DNA of 62,712 nt, counting the filler, from Sphacelaria rigidula (lineage: Eukaryota), in assembly GCA_964200075.2 (NCBI GenBank). It is 11 parts of 11 records of this genome, joined end to end, with 100 filler letters (N's around TTAATTAATTAA, not from the genome) between each part and the next. Parts side by side here need not be neighbours in the genome. Positions count along the whole stretch, not along the records: positions 45,683 to 51,292 come from CAXNAA020025885.1; positions 51,393 to 57,002 come from CAXNAA020025886.1; positions 57,103 to 62,712 come from CAXNAA020025887.1; 8 more parts are not named here. One strand, given 5' to 3'. Shown in pieces: positions 49,007-61,400 of this stretch; the stretch's first letter is position 1; the number at the start of each line of letters is the position of its first letter. Under the pieces are notes generated by a model, which was not told the DNA's origin, searched no databases, and saw only the letters and a program-made list of their open reading frames with translations. A program made the position numbers and the translations under genes.

Positions 49007-51224
49007 CGTAGGAAATAGACAAGGCACCATCTAGCATGCGCTTTCCCTCATTGAAGACGAAGATTTGAGCTAATAATGCAGAGCAAACAATCACGGCCAT
49101 CAACTAAGTGAGGCAGAGACTCGCAGTAAACCGGATGCACACCAATACGTGCTACATGTTACTGACCTGGGATTTTCGTTTGTTTTGGCCACTAGGACGT
49201 GTACTTGGATGATGTCTGCATTTTGATACATTTCTTGAAGGTGAAGTTACGTGTGTCGGTGTTCCTGCACACCCTCGAGACCGTATGGTATCTGCTCTAC
49301 TGGTTGCGTAGCCCGAAAATCTTTGAAAAACATGGAAGATAACACCATGCACCCACCATTTGGGGCGGCATATCAGGAGAAGCCAATGAGCGTGCGGCAA
49401 GCATGATGTTTCCGGCGTTACGCGGAATCTCCCGCCTATCTAGCAGTATATAGCTGTTGGTGCTTGCTTTCATCTAGACCCCCGACTATTGTGGCGTGTA
49501 TACGTTGTCATCCAGGCTAGCACTTCGGTGCAAGATAGTGTATGGTATAGTATAGTATTATATTTAACCCCGAAGTGATTTGAAATCCCAGGATGACCAA
49601 GAAGATCGACTGTCGCGTTTTACTGAAAAACAGTCTCGAGAACCTGCTTACGTGTTTTCGGCGTTTTTTCGTCACCCTATGTCTAATTTATCAGGCAGCG
49701 TCGGACGTAGATCGCGTTTTTCTTCGCAGCAGCACCTGCGAATCTCGTCACGCTGAAAAATAAAAAACGATTTTTCCAAATGATTTCATTCAGCAAATGC
49801 GCCTGGAGACACCTCATTACTCTCAACAAAAAGGGGATCGGAGGACCGATACTATCTACACAGTCATATTCTGGCGTTATGTGATGCGGTCAATACAGCA
49901 AAAATGATACTGAACGGCGCCGTCTGGCTTGTATGGTGCCAACTGCACAAAAAACGTACGTGGGTGTTTACAGTACGCGTATCTCGCTTCACATGACCCC
50001 TTGGGAGTACCTATCCACTTCGTCATGATGGTGTAACCAGACCAAGCGATGCACCATGACAGGCTCGCGACAAACGGGGAGGTCAAGGGGGTGGGGGTGA
50101 ACGCCGATAGCACAAATGGCCGTGAGCGTGGTGCTTTTGTGAGACGACTCAGCAGCGTATCTACACTGCAGCAAGAACAAGGAGTTAGCTGGAAGCCGCT
50201 CCTGCGGATAACTGTAGCTCTTCTCGATTCCCGGCACCATCCGTAGAGTATCCCGTGACGTTGAAGAGCGCGGGTTTGTAGTGTGCCTACCCGCCCGAAT
50301 ATTGACATGTTACACACCGTAGGTTACGGAGTTTATCATGGGGGGTGATACTTGAACCCGGGCTTGCTTCTCTCGTGCAGTGCCGATGTCGTGCTGCCTA
50401 GAGTCTCCTCGTTTCAAATACCTCGTTGGAGACCTTGCGGTGGGCTTAATCTCGTTGCAGTGTTGTGTATCATGAAGAAAATCGAGTATTGGGTTCATCC
50501 CGACGGATGATACACCACGAATTGTATACGGTACGTCTACGGTATTTGCCGCCCTTTCCACAGCATAAAGCCCGCTGTTGCCGTAGCTCCTGATCTCTCC
50601 CACCTCGATTTTCTCGAGACGCAAGAAGCTACGGTGGCAAAGGAGCAGATTTGTCGACAGGTGTTGAATAACGATTTGTAGCGGTATAACTATCGGTGCC
50701 GTGAGGACCGTTGCTGTCAAAAAAGCCTTGCGTAAAAAATGCTCCCGCTCCAACTGACCGTTGGTATGCACCACTTCGGCCACCAGGCGCCTGGTGTACA
50801 TACATCACCGAACATCCAGCATCATGAACGTATGGTCAGCGAAAAACAAAATACGATGCATGTACCTTTGTTTGCTAGAGAGCATGCCACTATTTTGAGA
50901 ACACTCGCGCCACTTCTTACCCACCATTGCCACAGCCACGCATTGGCCTGCACAACGACGCCGCACCTCGGGGGCCAACATTGATACCGATATTTCGCAA
51001 TATGCACCGCTCTGTGGCAGGCGGTATATCAAAGTATGCGTGCAATAAACGCCCGTACAAACGTTTTTCGCTGAGTCGGTGTGTGAGGTATCTCATACCC
51101 AGTGAGGAAAGAAACGCTGCTGTCTTCGTGCCCCACAAAAGATCGTGTGCAACAATATCCAACGGTAAAGGTCGCGCCACGAAGTGATGCAACCTATCGC
51201 AACTCGTAGTCCACGAAGGGTACA

Positions 51225-51292
51225 GGGGGGGGCTTACTCATGATCATGCATGCCATAGTCATGAGACCATTGACCTCGCATACCTACAATGC
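51225..51292 (-). mobile_element. Family A 3' end at the contig end
   Basis: G-run followed by TACTCATGATCATGCATGCCATAGTCATGAGACCATTGACCTCGCATACCTAC. Confidence 0.8.
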
Positions 51293-51392
51293 NNNNNNNN
51301 NNNNNNNNNNNNNNNNNNNNNNNNNNNNNNNNNNNNTTAATTAATTAANNNNNNNNNNNNNNNNNNNNNNNNNNNNNNNNNNNNNNNNNNNN

Positions 51393-51496
51393 CTTGGGCC
51401 TTTTCCCTTTTTTCCCCTTTTCCCCCCCCCCCCCCTTTTTTTTTTTTTTTTCTCCTTTTTTTTTCTTTTTTTTTTTTTTTTTTTTTTTCTTTTTTT

Positions 51497-51539
<43 letters not shown>

Positions 51540-51540
51540 C
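51393..51540. repeat. Poly-T/C low-complexity tract at the contig edge
   Basis: Read directly; may be partly a sequencing artefact. Confidence 0.85.
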
Positions 51541-52290
51541 GCGGGTGGTTCAGTTTTGTTTGTCTCGGGACTGGATCATGTCTCCTGGAGAATCAGTTGA
51601 GGTGCGACAATCAATCGAAATCGACACCAACCAACCCATCGAATGAATCAACACACCATCAGAAGAAACAACACATGCTTTCAACAGCCTGAATTCACCA
51701 GTTTAACCACAACAGGTCAACAATAACACCCTGCAAGACCCGGTTGCCCATTTCCGACGAAAACACGGAATAGTTTCCGGGATATCACGAGCGAAATTGG
51801 ACCTTTTCTACAGACGAAAACCCAAACCATGCAAAACTGGCGGCACATAGGATGGAAAGGTGGCGTATCGTGACATTTCCTATGCAATAAAAGTCGATGT
51901 CTATGATGTCCCGCTGGGGCGGTGCCATTCGCCGACGCGACAAACGAGAGGAACGCCGCATCTATCTCGCCTAAAGCAAATATAGACTATATGCAGGGCG
52001 ACTTCGGACCACGAAATTGTTTTGCCGCACAACTCCGAATGTAGCAGCCACTATACCATTCCATATAATTCCGATCGAAAAAAGCTCAATGTGCATTACT
52101 CGTTACTGCTTGAGAGGCTAATAGGGCTCAAAGGTGGCGAGGGCCGAGGATCCAGGGTACAGTATTTTCGATGACCTTGACGCTGCATGACACATCGCTG
52201 ACGAATTATGTGGTCTAGCCGATTCCGGATCGACACACTACGTGTGTGTTCTGTAACGCACCCGTACACTCGTGCGGTCCTTCCGTTTAG

Positions 52291-52420
52291 GTGTCTTCCC
52301 TGAAACTGAAACTCGTCGGCGCCGTCAGAAAGAACGGAGAATCGGAAGTGAGCGCGGCAAATCTTAGGGACGAGCTTTCACGACAGCAGGCGATCACTGC
52401 GGAGGATGCCGCAGAGAAAG
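52291..52420 (+). CDS. Exon a of a coiled-coil protein
   Basis: TTTAG| ... G|GTGGCC, phase 0/1; VSSLKLKLVGAVRKNGESEVSAANLRDELSRQQAITAEDAAEK. Confidence 0.72.
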
Positions 52421-52981
52421 GTGGCCGCTTGCTGTACAAGTAGCCCCGAACGCGTTACTTGACCCTTCACGTGCTTCACGATTTCGGCTAGTCACGCCGT
52501 TGACTCTGATGATGCATGCGATCTCTCCGGCGGTGCAAAGAACCACAAACGAGTGCCGCGTTCAAGTTTTGTTACATCCTCCAAGACTACAAGGTAACTC
52601 TGTCAAGAGAAGCACATCGAGAGACCAGGTCCTTCGAGAAAATACTATCCAGGTGAACAGCAGTTATATGATACGAAAGATGAGTAGTGGTGACATAAGC
52701 ACTCGACACCTGACAGCTTATTCATATGCAGTCGACAGATTCACTATTGAACTACTCATCTCACAGGTCAGTTCTGACAACACCGCACTTGCCCGATAGC
52801 CTACACGTATCGCCAACCCGATTGTGCGGTGTCCCATCAGCAACCCGTCGAATAGATTACCCCCGTGTGACGGAAGAATATCCCTGTGTGATGAAGGCGT
52901 CAACCCTGACCGCTATCCTTTCACAATGTCCTGTCCGGTACGTACGCCGCGTTTTGAGCGACGGTGTGAATCGGTAAACAG

Positions 52982-53199
52982 AGACTCTGCTTGAGCGAGT
53001 GGCGCAACTGAAAGAAGCTGTGCAACGCAAGGGCGCCGCCGTCAAAGCGGCCACAGCTCGCCGAGACAAGGTAGCGGCGGAGACCGCAGAGCGAATGTCG
53101 CGCGGCTGGGCCCGGTCGAGAGAGCTGCAAGCCACCCTGACTGATGAACGGGACAAGATGTTGTCGGTAGTCGCCCGGGCAAAAGAAGCGGAAGGCAGA
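52982..53199 (+). CDS. Exon b of the coiled-coil protein
   Basis: AACAG| ... AGA|GTGAGT, phase 1/0; (E)TLLERVAQLKEAVQRKGAAVKAATARRDKVAAETAERMSRGWARSRELQATLTDERDKMLSVVARAKEAEGR. Confidence 0.8.
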
Positions 53200-53433
53200 G
53201 TGAGTTTCATCAAGTGGGAACCGACTGGTCGGTTGGTTTATTTTTCGCGCATCGACTGGTCCGCCACAAATCTAGTTGTGGTCACAGATAAGGAAGGGTA
53301 GACGTACCCAACGCCAGAAAATGAATACGCCCATTGGAGGAAGCTTGAGACGTCGGGGTAAAAAAATATTACCTCTCTGCCGAATGCACGTCACCTAACA
53401 TTGATCGTTTTTCGTTTTTGAAAAGCTTCAATA

Positions 53434-53637
53434 GATAGTTTCGGGAAACATTTTTTGTTGACATTCCAGATTGCAAATATCTCAGGATCAGAGTTCAGAA
53501 TAAAACGAACACCTCATCCAAAAAAAGCCAAGGGGACACCACATTTGACGGAGGGGGAAAAATTTTCCCTTACACTCTGATCCTGAGATATTTGCACTCT
53601 GAAATAAATGTCAAAAAAAGTGTTTCCCGAAACTCTC
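53434..53637. mobile_element. 204-bp intronic MITE related to the GAGAGTTTCGG TIR family
   Basis: GATAGTTTCGGGAAACA...TGCAAATATCTCAGGATCAGAGT is mirrored by ACTCTGATCCTGAGATATTTGCA...TGTTTCCCGAAACTCTC. Confidence 0.82.
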
Positions 53638-54636
53638 CGGTGGTGTCGTGAAAACCGTTGTGGCGGTGGATTCTTCTAACTACCGGATGTGGTTGAGGCA
53701 TGATTTCGACTAGCGGGTATACTTGGGTCGACCGCGAATGGGACAAAGATATGTCCCTGGTATCTTCGATGGGAAAAGCAAGATGCACAGTTATAGTTCG
53801 TCGTTATGTCCAGGATATGGTGTGGCGAGTTAGTCGACGTTCTGACAGGAAGTATAATACAGCGGACTCCCGATCGAAAGGTTATCAACAGCGGCACAGC
53901 ACGGTTCATTACGTGGGTTATTATCGTCCATGTCCGGGGCTGGTACACGGGTACTTCCTTTTTAAGGTGAAGGTGAAGCGTGATTCACAGGAACCCCTGC
54001 TTCATGCACAATGCCTGCCATCGAGACTGACCGAAAATGTGCCTAACTCATTAAAGAGCTACATGATTGCCGATACATCAGCTGCTTTTGTTCCTGCACC
54101 CGGCACACGAAACTGCGTCTTCGCCCTTTTTTTTTTCCTTGACGGACGAAGGAAACCCAACCCAACGCTTACCTCGCACGCGAAATCGTGTGCCGAATTA
54201 CCCGAAGGCTCGTCAAGACTGCCTCGCGGCATACAGTCATTTGAGGAAGGCGCCTCGAGCGTTCGCAAAGCTTTGCTCAAGGCAGCTTGAGCAGTGCTCC
54301 CACTAAAATCCTCTATCAGCTTGGCGCAGTACACGCGCCGTCATGCTCTTATCAGCTTCGTCCCTACGGCGTCTTCGCACCTTGTGCCGATGTGACAGCG
54401 CCGGCACTCGGTTTGCGACGCTCTCCGCCAGACCCAGTTCACACCCTCGATATATCTTGATTGCCACCCAGGTCTTGCATGCCTGAGAACAGTCCTTGCC
54501 CCTGCACTGGGTAACGTCAGACTATTCAAATATCATCCCTATACGTACGAGCACGCACACGACGGCATCTCCAAGCTAAGCCTACGGGCCATGTCCATCT
54601 CCGTACGATCCGAAACATTTCGGGAACGATTCGAAG

Positions 54637-54784
54637 GTGTGCGCGCTCGAGGTTAAACTGCACGACTCGAGGAACAAGGCTGGTCTGGCGAAGCGAGACG
54701 CGGACGCCAAAAGTGTGAAGACGGCTCTGGCCCATGCGGCAGCAGTGAAGGCGGTAGAAACAAAAGTATCCCGACTCGAGGACG
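54637..54784 (+). CDS. Exon c of the coiled-coil protein
   Basis: AAG| (weaker acceptor) ... G|GTGAGA, phase 0/1, which exactly bridges exons b and d; VCALEVKLHDSRNKAGLAKRDADAKSVKTALAHAAAVKAVETKVSRLED. Confidence 0.7.
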
Positions 54785-55233
54785 GTGAGAGAGGCTCTGT
54801 GGACTAGGAGATCGTTTTGCGGTGTGGGCTTAGAGATCATCTGCGCCGATGCACGGGAAGGAGGCTGTCATCGACCGCGATTAAACACGGAACCCACAGG
54901 CGTGCATGGACGTCCCAAAATCGAGAGCCTTGGTTAACCTGACGCTCAGTTTAGTACCCGGGCCGGGACCTCTGTTGGGCTACGCCCGTATTCGCGAGAA
55001 CAGTAGTGACAAGAAGCCCAGCACACATACCACAGTCGGAAACTTGACTGTCAGTACTGAAATAGACAATAATAGCGGGATAGCGGGGATATATGCTTGC
55101 TATCAGGGAAATGATGAGTGGGTGGTATCAGTGTCAGGGAAATGCTCTATTTTACTGTCGGCACACTGCGACCCGCCATGGTGTTGTTGTTGAATAATGA
55201 ATGATTCGTTGCGTCACCGTTTGTTTCATTCAG

Positions 55234-55453
55234 AGAAGGAGAAGCTGAGGGAAGATCTCAAAAAATCATTTGCCGAGATTCAATCGAGGCAAGAAACAGC
55301 TGAAGCAACCGAGAAAGTCATACGGGAATTGCAGGCGTGGCGGGAACGGGCGGCAAGGGGGGAAGTCGTAGAGATGTCCCCTGCTGAGGCGAAACGCCTT
55401 CAATGGTGCGAGGAGAGCTACGATACGCTGAGAGAAGCCAATGCCAGCCTGCG
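55234..55453 (+). CDS. Exon d of the coiled-coil protein
   Basis: TTCAG| ... CG|GTAAGA, phase 1/2; (E)KEKLREDLKKSFAEIQSRQETAEATEKVIRELQAWRERAARGEVVEMSPAEAKRLQWCEESYDTLREANASL. Confidence 0.82.
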
Positions 55454-55621
55454 GTAAGACATAGCACGTGCGTCTTACGAGGGACACATCTGTAGTCGAT
55501 CAAACACATCACCTAGCGCGTTCCGTACGTCTGACAAGAGGACACGTGGGGTCATCAATGTCTATACCTGAAGTTGGGTCGTGTGCGACATCCCGGGAGC
55601 GCCGTTTCTTCAATCATTTCA

Positions 55622-57002
55622 CACCCTGGACAAAACAATATGTTTCCAATATGTATTAGCCGATCATATTGGAATTTTGCGATATATTGCTGGTGTAATA
55701 TATATATATATATTGGTACCCTCAGACTGCACATGTATTGCGCGCCCAATATATTTATATTGATATCGTGGGACTGCATACATATTGCCCACCCAATATA
55801 TATATTGGTACTATTGGGTTAAACACATATTGTCCCATCAATATACATTGTGGCAGCGTGGGCGACAACATATTGCACGACCAATGTATATTAGGGTCAC
55901 ATTGATGAGAACATATTGACCGGTCAATATATATTGGGGCAGCATGGGTGACAATGTATTGGCCGGTCAATATATATTAGATATTGTAAGTATCGTGTAC
56001 GCTCTAGGAGAGATCCAGACGCGATGGATGCCGGAGCCCGTGCAGACTGGGAAAAGCTTTAAAGGGAGCCGCAGAAGTTCGCGTGCATTACTGCGGAAAG
56101 TTGTCGAATGCGTTTGATATATATATATATATATATATATACTAGTTAGAAAATATGGCGACAGAAGAGGCGACCCGGTATATATGCCCCCTGATACCTA
56201 TCTGGTCACCGGTGCGGGACCGCCCATTCCCTTTCCAGCATGTAATGTAAATATCTTGGCTAAACATCACGACGACAGAAAACGCGGGCCGATATGCGCC
56301 TTTTGGTACCCCTGTGGTCACCAGGGCTGGGTTGCTTATACCCTGGACAGTATAGTATGTTCCAATATGATGCCAATATTTTGTATTGGAGCCAGCGCAA
56401 ATATTGTCCTTTCAATATATATTGTGCTGATATGTCCTCGGAGATATTGAAGCAACAGTATATTTTGCTCGTGTCATGATCATGAAATAATGCATGTCAA
56501 TATATATTGGACATGCAGTTGCTCCGAGAATAAAACATTCAATGTATATTGTGCATGCCGGCCGTGTATGTATTGAAGTGTCAATATATATTGAGTCGAG
56601 GTGATGCGTAGCATATTGTTACCATAATATATATTGAACGCAAACCATGCAGAAGTATTGTTTTTCTAATACATATTGCGTACGCTGATCGGATAGCTAT
56701 TGTGTAGCCAATATATATTGAACACGCTTGCGGAGAAATACATTGAGCAACTTCGGCATGTAAAATACGTCTTTGAATGTCGCCCGCGATCAAAGAACTG
56801 CCCACAATACTAATTCCAATACACTTTCCAATCTATATGTTGAAAAACAATATATTTTGCTACATCATGTATTTATTGTGACCGTCGGTTCCCTCGTGTA
56901 TTGTCCACCCAATATATATTGGACGCATTGACGCACGACATATTGGGGCGGCAATATATATTGGCGCTTCGGGTGTCGAGTATATTGAATCGTCAATATA
57001 TA
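55622..57002. mobile_element. AT-rich non-autonomous element(s) packed with palindromic CAATATATATTG-like motifs
   Basis: Many CAATAT(A)n/ATATTG motifs in 55635-55990 and 56350-57002. Both blocks begin with CCCTGGACA (55624, 56341), like the terminus of the MITE at 33322. Confidence 0.65.
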
Positions 57003-57462
57003 NNNNNNNNNNNNNNNNNNNNNNNNNNNNNNNNNNNNNNNNNNNNTTAATTAATTAANNNNNNNNNNNNNNNNNNNNNNNNNNNNNNNNNNNNNNNNNN
57101 NNCCGGATAGGCGACGTCTTGGCCTTGTTTCGCGATCACGTGCAGCCTGTTGACCTAATCTAGACTCGAAAATTGTGACCAAATTGGATTGCACGTGCGG
57201 CGGAGGGGAATGCGCGAGACGCGGTTCCTAGTCACGTCGGGAAGAGAGGAAGCAATAATGTGTAATACACTTCGGGTTCACGGTAGACGTGTGAAAACCC
57301 CGCGACAAACCCCACCCCTCAGATTCTCAGCGATACACACTCTGCATGATCCCAAACGAAGGATTCGAAGCGCGATACGCATCCTGCCTGACATGCCGTG
57401 CCCGTTCCCTTCGAAATCTCCGCGTCGCGACTAGAAGGGTGGGAGGTGACAAGATGACCCCC

Positions 57463-58492
57463 GACTGATGGCCTTCTCGCACGCCCATCCCATATTTTAG
57501 GGCACTGAAGGGCAATAATACGTTGTCTGGGTATAATGGTCGTTGTGGCGGCTTTACAGATGGGTTCGTTACGAAGTTAGAGGGCAGACTCGGCCGACGT
57601 GAGGATTGAATAACAAGTTCTTCACTTGAGATGGACCGAAATATACCCAAGCATCGCACTCTATCTACTATTTCGGAGCACTCGTAGAAGGTTTTGGCCG
57701 TTGTCGAGCCGAACAGCGCTGGTTTTACGCGCTGGTTTTACCAGCAACGTTTGTCAGCGAAGAAGGCAGTGGGGTCCAACACATGGTGATACGTAAAGCT
57801 AGTGACTGATTCGCGATTGTGATTATCGTTCGGTGTTTGTTTGGAATGTTGATTCTCTCCGGGGTTAAAAGGGGGTGTGGGGCCATTTTCGGGCTCGGTT
57901 ATTTGTTTTCATCCGTACGAACCGAGCACCGGTTGAAGACAAAATATGCTTCCAACCGAAAACTGACCAAAATCCGGGCAAAGTGATGGGCCCGTACAGT
58001 TTAGGGTATCCTCCCGTATGACGATCCTCGACTGATGGCCTTCTCACACGCCCATCCCATAATTTAGGGCACTGAAGGGCAATAATACGTTGTCTGGGTA
58101 TAATGGTCGTTGTGACGGCTTTAGAGATGGGTTCGTTACGAAGTTAGAGGGCAGACTCGGCCGACGTGAGGAATAAAACAAGTTCTTCACTTGAGATGGG
58201 CCGCAATATACCCAAGCATCGCACTCAATCTACTATTTCGAAGCACTCGTAGAAGGTTTTGGCCGTTGTCGAGCCGAAGCGCGCGGGTTTTACCAGCAAG
58301 GTTTGTCAGCGAGAAGGCAGTGGGATCCAACACACGGTGATACGTAAAACTAGTATTTGATTTCATTCGTACGAACCGAGCACCGAATGAACACGAAATA
58401 TGCTTTCAACGAAAATTGACCATATAAGATAATCATCGGACCAAAATCGGAAAGGTGGTGGGCCCGTACAGTTTACGGTATCCTCTTGTATG
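57463..58492. repeat. Tandem duplication, two copies with starts 567 bp apart
   Basis: GACTGATGGCCTTCTC.CACGCCCATCCCATA.TTTAGGGCACTGAAGGGCAATAATACGTTGTCTGGG at 57463 and 58030. Both copies end GGGCCCGTACAGTTTA.GGTATCCTC..GTATG; the second has an internal deletion. Confidence 0.92.
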
Positions 58493-61400
58493 GTACAGGG
58501 AAACTATATCTGACTCGAAAATGCGTCAAGAAATATGCGAAAAGACTACAACTGGTGCGTAGGTGTCCGCTAGCCTCATCACCACCTGGTCCTTACTGTG
58601 CGACCCTAAAATGGCCAAGAGGCAAGTAAACAAGACTCGATATGAACACCGTTTGGGTCGCCCGAAGCACTCTCACCTCCAGGGTATATCCGAACGGCTG
58701 CACGGCGGTCTTCATGACCTCTCCAGCAGAAGTACCGGCGGCAGGAGTCAGAAATGTCGGCGGGGTCGTGTCGGCCGGCGGCTTCGACGGGAGCAACCCT
58801 GGGCCCACATACACTGCGCCGCCGACATCGTGCTGTCGAGAAAAAGAGGGTGAAAACGAGCCCGGCGGCAGTTGGAAAGATTGGTGAGAGTTCAAGACAC
58901 CTCTCGAAAACGAAAAATCGGGGAACACGACCTTCATTTTAGCTGGTCTGTGACCATGGGCTCGAGAGATCGCGCTCATGTGATGTATATAATAATACTA
59001 ATAATAATCGCAATAGAAGTAACCGCCTACGCGGCGCGCCCATGGGTACAGGTCAAATTATATAACGCATGCACTAATTTCAAGTCACTGAATTTAAATC
59101 ATCACCAGTCCCTCTACACTATATAACGCAAACTCGATTTTAGTGTGGACTCCGCAGCCACCGCAGCCACAGTACAGGCCTGTACTGTGCTACGGAAAAA
59201 TGTCTCCGCCCCAGAAGGAGTGCTTCGTCTTTTTGCACACGGGTTGGTGTACCCAACCTTCGCTATGAGCGTCGTCGTGCCTGCGGTATGATTACGGTGG
59301 CGGGGGTTGGCGTTGCAGTCTCACGCGATGCCCACCGCCTGGCCAGGGCTGGCGCATCTTGCGGTAAAGATACTGTTGGTACCACGACAAGAGTTGTTCA
59401 GAGGTACAGTGGCGAAGACGACCAAACACTTTACACACGGGACATCAGACAGCTCACGCAAACATGCACTCCTCTTCCGAGTGCGATCCCGTGTGCTAAA
59501 GCACCGCCCTCCTTCGAAGGTATACCGTATAAGCTTGTTTCATGATGACATGGTGCCTGTGGAAATATCATCGATATACTGAGCTGTTGTGGGTCGTAGC
59601 CAGTTGGCGGAGGGAAATGAAGCCCAGACCGGGCCTGGACAGAAAAAAAACCCAAACAATTCAATCTTTTTGACCTCTCTGCGGCATATGTCGCTTGAGT
59701 GGAGCACATGTATCCATCAACACAGAAATCCAGGGTGAAATCCGTTCGAGAATCATGGAAAACAACGAAAAAATCATTCAACTCGGTGCCACCGCCTAGC
59801 CGTGCGGTACCTTGAAAAGCCCAGAGGAGAATACTTGCGATCATCCACCACGACGGAGGGACTGGCATCTCAGAGAAGGAGCTCGATAGGGCGCCCGCCT
59901 TGGACGGCGATCTCCAGCAGCTGCGTACTCTCGACCCCAACACCAAAAACAGCGTCGCCCTTGTTGGTGAACCTTCATGGATATGAAGAGGCAACGACTC
60001 CCTCCTTGTGTCATCTGCGAACGGCGGTAAAGGCAAGATCTCAGGCATGTCAAGTATGAACTGCGATACAAAATAAGGGACGGCCGGCAGCAAGTCTGTG
60101 CAGCTGTATTTAGACGGTGGTGTTTTACACTCCTCAACCAGTACTGCCGGAAAAGATACAGTTTGCTTCCATGCCTGAGCATCAAGGCCGGTCACCGATC
60201 AGCTCGCGACAGCCAACATATATATGTTTAGACTGCCAACATATGTTTAGACTTTCCTGGAATAAAGTCAACTATCGACGGGGAGTAACGCACCTGATCC
60301 GAGGGCCCGACAGAGCCTCGCCGACATCATTTAAAGCTGTTCGAAGGCAGGCAGGCAGCAGCAACGCCTGCTTCTTCACTGTTGTGGGATGCAGGCTGCA
60401 GGAGGCGGTGCTGTAGATTGTGTGAGGAAGGGGAGTGAGGGAGGGGTGGGGGGGTGGGGGGGAGGGGGATAGAGCGAGGGCCGGCGATAGCATCCTAATA
60501 TTGCGGTTAGTTGAAGGTCACGATCGGTACATGTTACCCACAAAGCCACCTGTACTCGTAATTCGACCACGTATCTGGGTCATATCACTCTCGCATAAGT
60601 ACTGATATGACCTGTTTTTCGACAACACCGAAGTTTGTAGCTAGTGCAACGGTATCTCTCTTACGAGTGATACTTTCGGTATAATGGTGACCAATTTGCC
60701 GCGTGTCAGGTGCTATACCGCTGAAACAATCCCATCAGTCAGGCAGGTGAAAAGACCTAAATATTCGGGTATTTGTCGACATGTGTCCCATTCATTCCCT
60801 GATCACGCTTCGGGTGCACATGGCCACTTGCAGTAAGGATCACAGGATATGTGTCGCGACATTCTGACGGTCAGGGCATGTTGAGTCGTGGTCTCGGCAA
60901 GATTGGTCGCAACGCGGAAGAAAGCCAACGTCATCGTTGCTGTCCAAACATAACCATGCTGTCATAAACGTATTGGCATCGCCTACTCTCAAACACCCAC
61001 CTACCAGAGGAAATAGTGTGGGGAGTGCGTTCATGCCAATTACAGAGGCGGGCCGCCTCGTGTTCGCGACCTCGGTTGAACCCACGGAGCGGAGCATCGA
61101 ATCATGTGGGCATACGGGCGGCTTAACTCCTAAAAGAACGAGAGCACGTGCCGTACCAGAAACACGGTAAACATGGGGTCGATGTATGTTTCTGATGGCT
61201 TGGTGTGTAATCGTTTCTTCACAAGAGCGTTTGCTGTGTCGAAGAACCTCGTTGAGAACGCCAAGAGGGACCCGGTGCTCCATGGGGGTCAAGAACCACG
61301 TGAGTACAGTACCTTATATCTCGTTTAATCGGCTGGCAGTCCAGGAACATTCGCGGGTCTCAAGATATGAGGGGAGGTCATACGGAGAGCCGCAGAGCTC

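Noticed and set aside
50063..50660. Possible further exons at ~50063-50120 and ~50564-50660 (+)
   Set aside because: The frames and splice sites are plausible, but I could not join them in phase to 47870-47996, so support is insufficient.
51394..51600. Poly-Phe ORF
   Set aside because: Homopolymer tract at a contig edge.
5612..57102. TTAATTAATTAA recurring about every 5710 bp, and any gene neighbourhood spanning it
   Set aside because: It is an artificial linker between length-sorted contigs, so adjacency across linkers has no biological meaning.
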